From positions 6,406 to 70,405 of the forward strand of contig JBKPTE010000004.1 in the NCBI GenBank assembly GCA_046735335.1: a stretch of 64,000 nucleotides of DNA, written 5' to 3'. This document shows positions 20,942 through 29,988 of the stretch, in pieces; within the stretch, counting starts at the first letter, position 1; every line of letters starts with the position of its first letter. The position numbers and the translations under genes were made by a program. The stretch comes from Acidobacteriota bacterium. Lineage in GTDB: Bacteria > Acidobacteriota > Vicinamibacteria > Vicinamibacterales > 2-12-FULL-66-21. Under the pieces are notes generated by a model that did not search any database, was not told the DNA's origin, and was given only the letters and a program-made list of their open reading frames with translations.

Positions 20942-22104
20942 TCAACGAGACGCGGGCGCTAGTGGCGCGATTGGGAGCCACGGCAAGAACGTTGACCCTT
21001 CGCCGGCTGTGCTCCGAACCGTGACGTCGCCCCCCATCAGCCGAGCCAGCCGCCTGCTGATGGGCAACCCGAGTCCCACACCTCGCTGGACCTCGGAAGG
21101 ATGGACCTGCTCGTACGAATCGAAGATCCGTTCGAGCCGGTCTCCGTCGATCCCGCGCCCCGTGTCCTCGATTCGTACGTAGACCCATGGTCCGGGATGG
21201 CTCAGCGCGCCGGCGGGATCACGATCCGCACGTCCCGCGCTAACGGTGACCCGGCCGCCGTTGCCCGTGAACTTCACAGCATTCGTGAGCAGGTTGACGA
21301 GAATCTGGCGCACTCGTGCCTCATCGCCCCAATAGGGAAGGTTGGCCTCAGAACTCGAGACGGCGCTCGTAAAGCCAATCCCATTCCGCGCCGCTGCATC
21401 CACGGTCTCGGCGACGGCAGCCTCGATCGCCGTGCCGATTCGAGCAGGCCCGAGTGCCACTCGCACGCGCCCGGCATCGAGTCGGGAGACGTCGAGTAGG
21501 TCGTTGAGAATTTCAAGCACATGCTGTCCGCTTCGTTGAATGCGAGCTATGTGCAACCGTTGCCGCTCGCGGCCGGCGCTCTCTCGCTCCAGCAGCTGCA
21601 GGTAGCCCATCATCGCATTCAACGGAGAACGCATCTCAGGACTGACGTGAGCAACGAACAAGTCCTTCAGGCGGTTCGATTCCTCCGCAGCGAGTTGAGC
21701 CTCGATAGCGGCGGCTGCCTTCGTCAGCGCGGCTTCAACTGATCGTCGCGGAGAGAGGTCGTGGATCACATTCGTGAACCCTTGGAGCTTCCCGCCGCTG
21801 TCGCGGGCGCAGTCAGCGTCACGTCCGCCGAGAAGGTCGATCCGTCGCTCCGCAGACGCTGACCTTCCCCCCGGGGTTCGCCCGCATCAGCCGCGATTTC
21901 AAGATGTGTTTCGGCCGTGCCGTCGTTGGAGCCGCCCTGTGGATAGAGGAGGCGCAGGTGCGCGCCGGTCGCCTGTTCCTTGGTCCACCCCTCCGTCAGC
22001 CGGGCGCCCTCGCCCCAGTACGGAGGACGCGATTGTTCTCCGCCAGATGGTCCGGTCTCGCTCTTGCGCATGGTGGTCCTCCGCCGATATTGCGCAGGAT
22101 GCAC
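20942..22104 (-). pseudogene. PAS-histidine kinase, frameshifted and lacking the canonical phospho-acceptor His
   Basis: The PAS part (ORF 21766..22104: ...RLRSDGSTFSADVTLTA) and the HisKA/HATPase part (ORF 20942..21769: (L)RDSGGKLQGFTNVIHDL...) lie in different frames, joined near the GGG run at 21805-21807. The H-box reads AHVSPEMRSPLN, with codon CCT at 21640-21638 where His of SHELRTPLN is expected. Confidence 0.7.
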
Positions 22105-22734
22105 CTATCTGGTGCGTGGACTGGATGCGGCATATACACTTTCGGCCGCGGGACTTGCGGGATCAGCCAGTGACGGGTGATTGGAAGCCTTGCGACCCGC
22201 TCGGCAGCTGCCCCAACCCCCTTCTCCGATGCGTCGAATCGATCGTTTCGGGATACGGTGTCAACATAACGAACTGGGCTGCCGCGGCCTCTGAGCGTCG
22301 GGTTCGCCACACCGAAGCATGAGCACCCGCTGAAGCCTCTTCATCAGCATGGATTACATGAATGACGTTCAGTCGACAACAATTCCTCGTTGAACTTCCA
22401 ACCGGATGCACTCGCGCAACGACCCGACGTTCCCGAAACGAGGCGAACGGCACGTGATGTCTCACGTTCGGCGGCGAGTTCCTCCATCAGCTCGATGAAG
22501 ATGCTCTGCACCGCCGCGCGCGTGCCTCCACTTCCTGACACGGGGGCGGAGACGAGCAGCCCACCCGACGGTCTCGTTCGCGGTGGCGATCCGTCGCATT
22601 GGTGTGACTGCATTTCGATTGCTGCGGGCGATGGGTTGTGGACGCGCACACGCGTCAGGGGTCGTGCGGTTATCGCACTGTGAGCGACGGTCCATTCATG
22701 GACGACTGCGAAGAGGTACGCGAGTTCGTGGCGT

Positions 22735-23202
22735 ATGTCCTCGCCACGGCTGGTTTCGTCGTGCGCACCCACCGGTCAGACGTTTGAGCAGGTGCCTAAC
22801 GGCCTCCTGCCGTCGATGAGCGTGCAGCGGTTTCTCAAGGAAACCGCGAAAGGGCCCTTCAGAGACATCATGGGCCGCTACGCTCAGGCCAATCTCCTGC
22901 AGATCATGCAGTGCACCGCGTGCAATGCGTTGCATGACGCCAAGGCACGCTGTTGCCGATGGTTGCTGCAGACACACGATCGCGTCGGACTGCAGGACTT
23001 CGTCTTGAAGCAAAAATTTCTGGCTATCATGCTCGGCGTCCAGCGGCCAACCGTCACCGTGGTGATGGGTGACCTTCAGCGTCGGGGCCTGATACGCAGC
23101 CGCTATGGACACATTCGTGTCTTGAAGCGGACCGGGCTCGAGCGCACGTCGTGCGAGTGCTACGCCGTGATCCGCGATCATTTCAAACGGCTCGGATTGT
23201 GA
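22735..23202 (+). CDS. Crp/Fnr-type regulator, C-terminal dimerisation helix plus HTH only (N-terminal cNMP domain missing)
   Basis: 155-aa ORF. RYAQANLLQIMQCTACNALHDAKARCCRWLLQTHDRV...FLAIMLGVQRPTVTVVMGDLQRRGLI...CECY matches the C-terminal two-thirds of rhizobial-type Crp/Fnr proteins. No beta-roll is encoded upstream. Confidence 0.55.
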   Translation: MSSPRLVSSCAPTGQTFEQVPNGLLPSMSVQRFLKETAKGPFRDIMGRYAQANLLQIMQCTACNALHDAKARCCRWLLQTHDRVGLQDFVLKQKFLAIMLGVQRPTVTVVMGDLQRRGLIRSRYGHIRVLKRTGLERTSCECYAVIRDHFKRLGL

Positions 23203-23640
23203 GATCTGGCGTCGGGCAGAGCAGCGGAACGCCGCAGTTGGTGCAAGTGCGTCCGCGGTGATTTGTAATCATTCGGGCATCTTCGATCGCATTCCGATGG
23301 AGCGACCGCAGCCGCATTGGTCGCTTCGAGGCTCGCCGATGCAATGATTCGCAATTGGAGCAGTCGGGATTTCCGCCGAATTGGCATGGAACGATGCGCC
23401 GCTCGAGATCGGCGGACACGCACTCCGTGGTTCGCGCGAAAGTACAGGGCGGCTTGGGCGGGATACTCTCGGCTGATATCAGGCGAACGGATCGGCATCC
23501 CCGCGCAGCGGGTTAGGGCCAAATTCAATGGCCCGGCCGCGATCGGTTATAATCAACGCTCCTGCTTTTCTGAGCCCTCGGCTGACTCCGGCCTTGCCCT
23601 CACCAAAGCTTTCTTGTGAGGGCTGCATGACCGCCGAAGT
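23183..23640 (-). pseudogene. decayed Cys-rich gene remnant (possibly a radical-SAM accessory C-terminal domain; tentative)
   Basis: Protein-like stretches are scattered over three frames (ALIITDRGRAIEFGPNPLRGDADPF; VPCQFGGNPDCSNC; IIASASLEATNAAAV). No single frame stays open. Confidence 0.25.
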
Positions 23641-23727
23641 GGATTCCCTTCCTGCGCGGGGCGTCGCCGCCTCCATGCCGAAAATCGAACGCGACATGCT
23701 CAGCCTCCATGAGCCCGGAGGACACTC

Positions 23728-23982
23728 GTGGCGGTAAGCGCATTCGACCTCACGCGTCAGCTCGAGGAACTCATTGCTGCTCTCGATCGCCGTGCGACTC
23801 GCGCCGAAGAAGCGAGTTCGGCTGCTATCGCCACGGACGCAGCGGCGCTGCGCGCCCGAGCCGTCGATCGGCTTACCGAGCTCGCGCAACACTCTCTGCG
23901 TCCACCACATCAACCATTAGCGCCGTGCGGCCAGAGCCGAGCGTCGCGTGACAAGAACTCCGTTTCCGGCTCGTCCCTCTGA
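23728..23982 (+). CDS. small hypothetical helical protein (84 aa)
   Basis: GTG start 5 nt after GGAGGA. The N-terminal part is coiled-coil-like (FDLTRQLEELIAALDRRATRAEE...). No family recognised. Confidence 0.4.
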   Translation: MAVSAFDLTRQLEELIAALDRRATRAEEASSAAIATDAAALRARAVDRLTELAQHSLRPPHQPLAPCGQSRASRDKNSVSGSSL

Positions 23983-24001
23983 CGTAGTGGGTTTGACCGT
24001 G

Positions 24002-24301
24002 ATGGAATTCACGCGCGAGCTCGAGTTACATGGACCGGTGTCGATCGACGCTGTGTGTCGGCGGTTTCTGGACGATACGAATCGAGCCCTTGTATGGTTC
24101 ATCCGATTCCGGGCATTGGCCTCGTGGTCCCAACGCAGCGACGTGATGGAGTGGCTGCGATCGGATGTCTCGCACACGCAACGGGCCTGCGAGCTTGCTG
24201 CGGCGTTCGCATTGAACGAGCATTGGGAATTCGATGCCGATCGTTTCCGTTCGGCCCTCGGCATGGGATGCGCGTCGCAGGCAGAGGGCGGCGGCGGGTG
24301 A
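24002..24301 (+). CDS. hypothetical protein (about 99 aa)
   Basis: This is the in-frame part of ORF 23948..24301 starting at ATG 24002. The sequence is non-biased. No family recognised. Confidence 0.35.
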   Translation: MEFTRELELHGPVSIDAVCRRFLDDTNRALVWFIRFRALASWSQRSDVMEWLRSDVSHTQRACELAAAFALNEHWEFDADRFRSALGMGCASQAEGGGG

Positions 24302-24478
24302 GAGGCAGCTCCGAACGTTCAGCGGGGACTGTCCCTTTCGGTTCACAGAGTACGCGTCGGTCATCAACGGCGGACTCCACGCCGCTGTCGACCACCACGA
24401 ATTGCCGGCCGCCGTGTATGCTGCTGCGAGACAGCCGATCGGCGGAATTACTACCCACTTAGCTATGAGGAGACACGT

Positions 24479-24664
24479 ATGGTTACTGTGAAGCAAACCG
24501 TCGATCAGGCCACACGGCTGTGCTCGTCATGTCATTTGCCACAGACGAAAATTCAACGTGTGCTCGGCGAGGGGAAGCTCGGGTCCATCAGTTACGTGTG
24601 CTCGCGTACCGCATGCTCGCTCGGTATCGATCTCTCGAAGCTGAAGACATGGGTGTCTGTATAG
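24479..24664 (+). CDS. small Cys4 zinc-ribbon-like protein (61 aa)
   Basis: ATG 6 nt after GAGGAG. Two Cys pairs are present (CSSC and CSRTAC). Third-position GC is lower than in neighbouring genes. Confidence 0.5.
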   Translation: MVTVKQTVDQATRLCSSCHLPQTKIQRVLGEGKLGSISYVCSRTACSLGIDLSKLKTWVSV

Positions 24665-24876
24665 GCGCACAACAGCAGCTCGGACGTCACGGCTGTGTCG
24701 GGGCGCGCCGCGGAGGGCTGTCGACCCCCGTCGCCACCCGTGGCTGGCTGACACTTCTGCGAGAAGCTCAAGACACCGTGTTGGCGAGCGGAAGGAGCGA
24801 TGGATGGCAGTGCAGTGGCAATGAACCCCAATGCGCGTTGTCCATAGCGCGAGCCACGCCACCTGGCGTGCTTTCT

Positions 24877-25068
24877 CTAGACTGCGTTCTCGCCGTCAGC
24901 GGTAGTGATGAGTCGATAGACGTAATCTGTCAATTCACGCAACCGCACCCCGGCCGCGTCCGGCACGCGCTCGCCGCGTGAGGGGATCACGGGAACCTCT
25001 ACCGCTCCACGAACGATCAAGGCCGCGGCGATGGTCGCCCGCGCCTGTGCTTCCGGTCCATTCATCAT
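24877..25068 (-). CDS. small hypothetical protein (about 63 aa)
   Basis: This is the C-terminal part of ORF 24877..25158 starting at ATG-ATG 25068. There is no family match and support is weak. Confidence 0.3.
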   Translation of the reverse strand: MMNGPEAQARATIAAALIVRGAVEVPVIPSRGERVPDAAGVRLRELTDYVYRLITTADGENAV

Positions 25069-25379
25069 GTGCTCCCATCGGCCCGCTGCTAGGCCCGATC
25101 TTTTGCTCTCCCGGATCTCAACCCGACGCGCCAGGCGTACCCGAATGTCGCATAGCATTCGCGCACGGCAAGGGCACGGCCCGGAGCCACAGGGGGGCGA
25201 CGGAGGACGCGCTCATAGTGAGCGCGGCCAACATGCGCCGCGAACCTGAACTTGAATTCGGCACGTACACCTTCTCGCGGATCAGCACCTGATATATGTG
25301 GACAAAACGGGCGCGAGCAGCCGGGTGCGCACTTTGGTGAGACTGGCGGCTGATGCTTGGGCCGGGAGACTCAGGAAAG

Positions 25380-25611
25380 GAACCGAGTCTATCATCCTCC
25401 GCGTCAGCTCCGACGTCAGGATTGCGGGTTGTTTCTCGCACGATGGAAAAGCACGCCGCGGCTGTTTGGTTGCAGTATTTCGTCTACAACTTGCTGAAGG
25501 ATTCGCCGTACGTTACGCGTGAGGGCGGCGATGTCAACCGGAGTGACCGCTCGTCTGTGGGAGGTTTCGGATCTCGTGGCGCTCGCTGCACGTGCGAGTG
25601 ATTCACTCTGA
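25380..25611 (+). mobile_element. degenerate C-terminal remnant of an IS transposase gene (family uncertain: IS1-like or IS1595-like tail)
   Basis: Two frames together read ...SRTMEKHAAAVWLQYFVYNLL / RTLRVRAAMSTGVTARLWEVSDLVAL-stop. This resembles the ...FSKKxENHxxAVALHFxYYNFxRxHxTLRVTPAMAAGVTDxLW(E/S)xxDLV tail I recall from transposases. No catalytic part and no inverted repeats were seen. Confidence 0.4.
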
Positions 25612-25780
25612 CGTCTTATCGCGATCCCTCGTGCTCATTGAGCGCAGCGAACACCTCGTAAACAGCGCGATCGATCGGAAACTCCAGTCGAGGAAACGCC
25701 TGCTGGACGCCGTTTGCGTTACTTTCGCGGCTCTCGTCTGACAGTGGATCGGTTCGTTCACGGCAAGGGGCGCGAGTACT

Positions 25781-26170
25781 TTACGCTTCTGGCGCCTGGT
25801 TACCCGGGGCCTGTTGAGCGTTGACCGACTGCTTCTGCGCGGCGAGTATCATCTCTGCGAGTCGGCTCTGCATCTTCTCGACGGTTGCCAGCATGTCCCG
25901 GCAGGTCGCACCCTGCACGCCCAACTGCTCAGTGAGCGTTCCAATTTCGTCCGTCAGGATGCTCAACGCATCGCCGCGTTGTCCGTTCGATAGCTCTGGC
26001 CCGACCCGATACTGCGCCCTGCGGAGTTTTTCAATTTGCCGCATCGTCTGACGCACGAGACGGAGCTGGGCTTCGATCTGCGCGATGAGATCGAGTTGTT
26101 CAGCGGCCAGCCATTCAGCGTCGGCCTCAAGGTCGTGGAGAATTTCTCGGCGGGAGAATTCGTCACCCAT
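25781..26170 (-). CDS. hypothetical coiled-coil protein (about 129 aa)
   Basis: ORF 25781..26206, with the start at ATG 26170. It has heptad-like helical sequence and a Q-rich tail. Confidence 0.5.
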   Translation of the reverse strand: MGDEFSRREILHDLEADAEWLAAEQLDLIAQIEAQLRLVRQTMRQIEKLRRAQYRVGPELSNGQRGDALSILTDEIGTLTEQLGVQGATCRDMLATVEKMQSRLAEMILAAQKQSVNAQQAPGNQAPEA

Positions 26171-26215
26171 GGTACCGTTGCGTAGCGCCTCCGTTGCAGA
26201 GCGCAAGCAGACGAA

Positions 26216-26443
26216 ATGCCAGCCGATACCGTCGAGAAGACCTTCACCGTCGTCAACATGAATCGCGTGACCGGCACGGCGCGCTTCGAGATCGGCGGGC
26301 GCATCCGGCGTCTCGCGGAGCGCGGGGACGTTCTCCGCACCTCACTCGTGGGGGTGCTCGCGGCGCGTGACGGCGTGCCGCCGCCGACGGGATTCTTCAG
26401 CGGCTCCGTGGTTGTCGCGGCGCCGGACCAAGCTCAACAATAG
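26216..26443 (+). CDS. small hypothetical protein (75 aa)
   Basis: Very high third-position GC across the whole ORF. It is divergent from the 25781..26170 gene with a 45-bp gap. Confidence 0.45.
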   Translation: MPADTVEKTFTVVNMNRVTGTARFEIGGRIRRLAERGDVLRTSLVGVLAARDGVPPPTGFFSGSVVVAAPDQAQQ

Positions 26444-26463
26444 CAACTCAGGGATAGCCACGG

Positions 26464-27126
26464 CTATGCCTGGCGCCGACGGCGTCGCACCGCAAACCCC
26501 GCGAGCCCCGAACCGAGCAGCAGCAGTGTGCCGGGTTCCGGTGTCTGAGCCGAGAACGTGTAGAAAAGCGTATCGGCGTCGGCGTTGCGCATGACAAAAC
26601 CCGGATGCGAGGTGACCTGTTCGTACCGCACGTGAAACTGTCCGTTGCCGATGAACTGGCGCGCGAACAGCTCCTCGCCTCCCTGGATGCCGCGAATGCT
26701 CGCCTCGAACGAGAAGGGAGCGGCGAATTCGAACTCCAGGGCGCCGTTGGAGGAGACACGCGTTGGGACGGCGTCGGCTCGCAGTGTCCCGACGAAGTCG
26801 ACGTTCGTGGCCGTCACGCCGCCGATCGTGGCGGTTCCTCTCCCCAGGAGCTGCTCACCCGCGCTGCGGAAGCTCCAGTCGGACAGAGAGCCCTCCGCTT
26901 CCTCGCAGAACGAGAACGGGGCGTTGCCGCACCGGGCGGGAAAGATATTGGTCGTGTAGATTCCGAACTCCGTGGTAGCGAGAGCGAAGCCGTTCCCGTT
27001 GAAGCTGAACGTGTCGCCTTCGATGTCGAAGAGAAACGCGCCGCTCGTAATCCGGAGCGGATCGGCAGAAGCCGGCTGGACGAACAAAGCGAACGGCAGC
27101 ACCAGAAACAGAATTCGTTTGCACAT
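26464..27126 (-). CDS. PEP-CTERM sorting-domain secreted protein
   Basis: ORF 26464..27261. The start at ATG 27126 gives a signal peptide (MCKRILFLVLPFALFVQPASA). The C-terminus TPEPGTLLLLGSGLAGFAVRRRRRQA is a textbook PEP-CTERM anchor. Confidence 0.8.
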   Translation of the reverse strand: MCKRILFLVLPFALFVQPASADPLRITSGAFLFDIEGDTFSFNGNGFALATTEFGIYTTNIFPARCGNAPFSFCEEAEGSLSDWSFRSAGEQLLGRGTATIGGVTATNVDFVGTLRADAVPTRVSSNGALEFEFAAPFSFEASIRGIQGGEELFARQFIGNGQFHVRYEQVTSHPGFVMRNADADTLFYTFSAQTPEPGTLLLLGSGLAGFAVRRRRRQA

Positions 27127-27238
27127 ACTGAGCAGACCTCGCCTTCCCGACGCCTCTCGTCGACTTGGGGCGCGCGAAAGATGCATACCGCATTCCCCGG
27201 CCTGAAATCGGCTCCGGGCACCAGCACGGCCGCGCCTA

Positions 27239-27718
27239 TCACAGCAGCAACGCGGCGACAAAGATCCCGACCATCACAAAGGCGAGCGCGGCCTTCACCG
27301 CGGTGCCAATCGCGAATCCTATCCACGCAGCGATCCCGGCGCGGCCGGCCTGTTTCCAGTCGCGGTGCACGGTCAACTCGCCGATGAGCGCGCCGACGAA
27401 CGGTCCGATGACGATCCCCGGCAGACCGAACACCAGGCCGGCGAGCGTCCCGAACGTGGCGCCGATCATGGCGCGCCGGCTCGCGCCCAGGCGCTTCACG
27501 CCGACAGCGGCCGCCATGAAATCAACGGCGTAGCTCGTCGCGCCGATGACGCCGATTACCGCGAGCGTCCACGGGCCTACACGCGTGAAGTGATCGGCCC
27601 AGGCCGCCAGCAGCAGGCCGGCGAAGATGAGGATGTGGCCGGGCAACGCCGGCATGACGATGCCGACGAAGCCGATGAGAACCAGAACGACGCCGAGCAT
27701 CCAGAGGAGAATCGTCAC
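27239..27718 (-). CDS. DUF456-family membrane protein
   Basis: 159-aa four-helix membrane protein with GLPGIVIGPFVGALIGE typical of DUF456. Confidence 0.75.
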   Translation of the reverse strand: MTILLWMLGVVLVLIGFVGIVMPALPGHILIFAGLLLAAWADHFTRVGPWTLAVIGVIGATSYAVDFMAAAVGVKRLGASRRAMIGATFGTLAGLVFGLPGIVIGPFVGALIGELTVHRDWKQAGRAGIAAWIGFAIGTAVKAALAFVMVGIFVAALLL

Positions 27719-27871
27719 ACTGTTGAAGCCTGCACAAGAGAACTACAGATCGCCGGCGATCGCGTTCCGCTGCCGATCGATGCGCCCGATCTGTGCGCGC
27801 GACTCCCAACAGTAACGCGGGAGCGCGCGTCGCAGGTATCGTCGTTCAGGGTCGTGATATACCTACGGGTC

Positions 27872-28567
27872 ATGACTCGGACAATTGCATGCCTGCTCGT
27901 TGCGCTCTTCTTTCAAACCGCTCCACCGAACGCCGGCACGTGGAAATCGCTCTTCGACGGCAAGGACATGAACGCGTGGCGCATCTTCAAGACCGATACG
28001 CCCCCGAAGATGTGCGACACGCCAGGCGCGAAGGACTGCTGGGAGATCGTCAATGGCGTGCTGCAGAAGGACGGCCACGCGAACGACATCGCCTCGAAGG
28101 AACAGTTCGGCGATTTCGAGCTCGAGCTCGAATGGAAGATCGGCAACGCCAGCAACAGCGGCGTGTTCTACCGCGGCACCGACGAATTCAACCAGATCTA
28201 CTGGAGCGCACCCGAATACCAGCTGCTCGACAACGTCAACGCCGCCGACAACAAGAAAGACAATCATCTGGCGGGATCGGCCTACGACCTCTTCGCCGCT
28301 CCAAAGGACGCGGCCAGGCCGGCCAACGAGTGGAACCAGACGCGCATCGTCGCCAAGGGGACGCACGTGGAGCACTGGCTGAACGGCAAGAAGGTCGTGT
28401 CGTACGACGTCGGCAGCGCTGAGTGGAATGCCGCCATCGCGGCCAGCAAGTTCACTCCGGACAAGTATCCGAACTTCGGAAAGGCGCCGAAAGGCTATCT
28501 CGGCATCCAGGGCGATCATCCCGGTACGCTGGCCCTGCGCAACATCAGAATTCGCGACCTCCGCTGA
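27872..28567 (+). CDS. DUF1080 (3-keto-disaccharide hydrolase-like) secreted protein
   Basis: This is the in-frame part of ORF 27365..28567 from ATG 27872. It has a signal peptide followed by WKSLFDGKDMNAWR...NSGVFYR...EYQLLDN...GYLGIQGDHPG...RNIRIRDL, all characteristic of DUF1080. Confidence 0.85.
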   Translation: MTRTIACLLVALFFQTAPPNAGTWKSLFDGKDMNAWRIFKTDTPPKMCDTPGAKDCWEIVNGVLQKDGHANDIASKEQFGDFELELEWKIGNASNSGVFYRGTDEFNQIYWSAPEYQLLDNVNAADNKKDNHLAGSAYDLFAAPKDAARPANEWNQTRIVAKGTHVEHWLNGKKVVSYDVGSAEWNAAIAASKFTPDKYPNFGKAPKGYLGIQGDHPGTLALRNIRIRDLR

Positions 28568-28574
28568 GACGAGC

Positions 28575-28603
28575 TTTACAATGCAAAGTCAATTGTGTAT
28601 GAT
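28575..28603 (+). promoter_or_regulatory. sigma-70-like promoter TTTACA-N17-TATGAT
   Basis: Read directly. The -10 element ends 15 nt before ATG 28619, with no Shine-Dalgarno sequence in between, so the leader would be very short. Confidence 0.45.
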
Positions 28604-28618
28604 GCCTGCGTCGTGGTC

Positions 28619-29212
28619 ATGCAACGTTTCATCCTTCTACTCGCGCTCGGCGGGGCGCTGCTCGCGGCCGGCGCCTGCGACGAGCAGCCCCCCGAGTCTC
28701 CTCTGATTCAGGCCGCCCGGGCTGGTTCACTCGACACGATCAAACTGCTCCTCGACGCGGGCGCCGACGTGAACCTGCCCGGACCCACGGGTGACGGCTG
28801 GGACGCCACGCCCCTGCAGCACGCAATCCTCGCCCGTCAGTCGGGCGCCGTCCGGCTTCTTCTGGATCGCGGCGCCGATCCGAATCGCGTCGCCGGCCCG
28901 AACGCCCCGGCGCCGCTGCTGCTGGCGGCGGGCGACACCGATCCTGTCTTCGTCAACCTGCTGCTCGCCCACGGAGCAGACCCCGCCATCGAAGGCGAAG
29001 GCGGCGTCACGCCGCTCTCTCGTGCGGTCTCCGCTGGCTCGATCAATGGACCGGACCGCCCGATGTTCGGCGGGTGCCGCGTCGAAACGGTGCGTGCGCT
29101 GCTCGCGCACGATCCCTCGCTTCGCCTGAAGCGCAATTCCGCCGGGAAGGACGCAATCCGGTGGGCGCGTTTCCAGAGGTGTCGCGACGTGCTCAGGTTG
29201 ATTGGCGAGTAG
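28619..29212 (+). CDS. ankyrin-repeat lipoprotein
   Basis: The lipobox-like sequence LLAAGAC is followed by repeated ankyrin motifs (TPLQHAILARQSGAVRLLLDRGADPN, LLLAHGADPA). Confidence 0.8.
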   Translation: MQRFILLLALGGALLAAGACDEQPPESPLIQAARAGSLDTIKLLLDAGADVNLPGPTGDGWDATPLQHAILARQSGAVRLLLDRGADPNRVAGPNAPAPLLLAAGDTDPVFVNLLLAHGADPAIEGEGGVTPLSRAVSAGSINGPDRPMFGGCRVETVRALLAHDPSLRLKRNSAGKDAIRWARFQRCRDVLRLIGE

Positions 29213-29295
29213 CCGACGACACCCCGCCTCCGTCCGCTCCAGACGGCGTTCGCACGCCTGAAGCGCCCCGGGCGAGCTCCGTGAAGTGGTCCGAC

Positions 29296-29739
29296 TCAAA
29301 GGGGTTCGTGACCGCCGCCGCCGCCGACGTGCTCGAGGGCACGACTCGCTTCGATCTGCACCTCCCGCACGTCGTCCTGCTCCTCGTACATCTGCCGGAT
29401 CTCGATCTCGCCCTCCCAGTTCGGCCAGTGAACGCGGTGCAGCTCCATGAACGTGCGGGCTTCCTCGAGCGCCTCTTCTCTGGAGGCGACGTTGAGGATC
29501 GAGAACCCGCCGATCACTTCCTTCGATTCGGTGAACGGGCCATCGATGGTGACGATCTTTCCGTTCGTGAGGCGCATCCGCGCGCCCGACGACGTGGGTT
29601 TGAGACCGCCGAACGACACCATCGTTCCCTTCCTGGCTGCTTCCGCGCCGAGCCTGTCGATCGCTTCCACCAGCGCGGCCGGCGGCGGTCCGGACGCGGC
29701 AAAGTTCTCTGAGCCTCTCACGATGATCATGTAGCGCAT
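29296..29739 (-). CDS. YciI-like (DGPF-domain) protein
   Basis: ORF 29296..29922. ATG 29739 lies behind GAGGAGAGG. The sequence reads MRYMIIV...TIDGPFTESKEVIGGFSIL. Confidence 0.8.
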   Translation of the reverse strand: MRYMIIVRGSENFAASGPPPAALVEAIDRLGAEAARKGTMVSFGGLKPTSSGARMRLTNGKIVTIDGPFTESKEVIGGFSILNVASREEALEEARTFMELHRVHWPNWEGEIEIRQMYEEQDDVREVQIEASRALEHVGGGGGHEPL

Positions 29740-29988
29740 TGTTGTCCTCTCCTCAGACGGTTGAAGATGTGAAGGTCGACGGTTTCGTATCGCCGTCGTT
29801 ACCCGTATGTCGAACGACGGCGACTGAAATCGACAGCCCGGAACCTCAGCATAGGGAACATGGGTCAGCGTGCCCGACCGGTGGCGGCAGGCTGCGATTA
29901 GAACCGAACACCGCAGTAACATTCAAACATCGTGTGTTCAACCACGATCTGTTCGGGCAGTATCCGGACGTTTGGGAGGAGGAGGCAG

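Noticed and set aside
22390-22790. Possible response-regulator N-terminus (…FMDDCEEVREFVAYVLATAGFVVRT…) and HATPase-like tail on the opposite strand
   Set aside because: These are only ~30-residue resemblances in frames that close immediately. They are consistent with further debris in the islet but are too weak to annotate as features.
24479-24664. CSSCH in the 61-aa ORF as a c-type haem-binding (CxxCH) site
   Set aside because: There is no signal peptide or membrane anchor, and a second Cys pair (CSRTAC) is present. A Cys4 zinc ribbon is the simpler reading.
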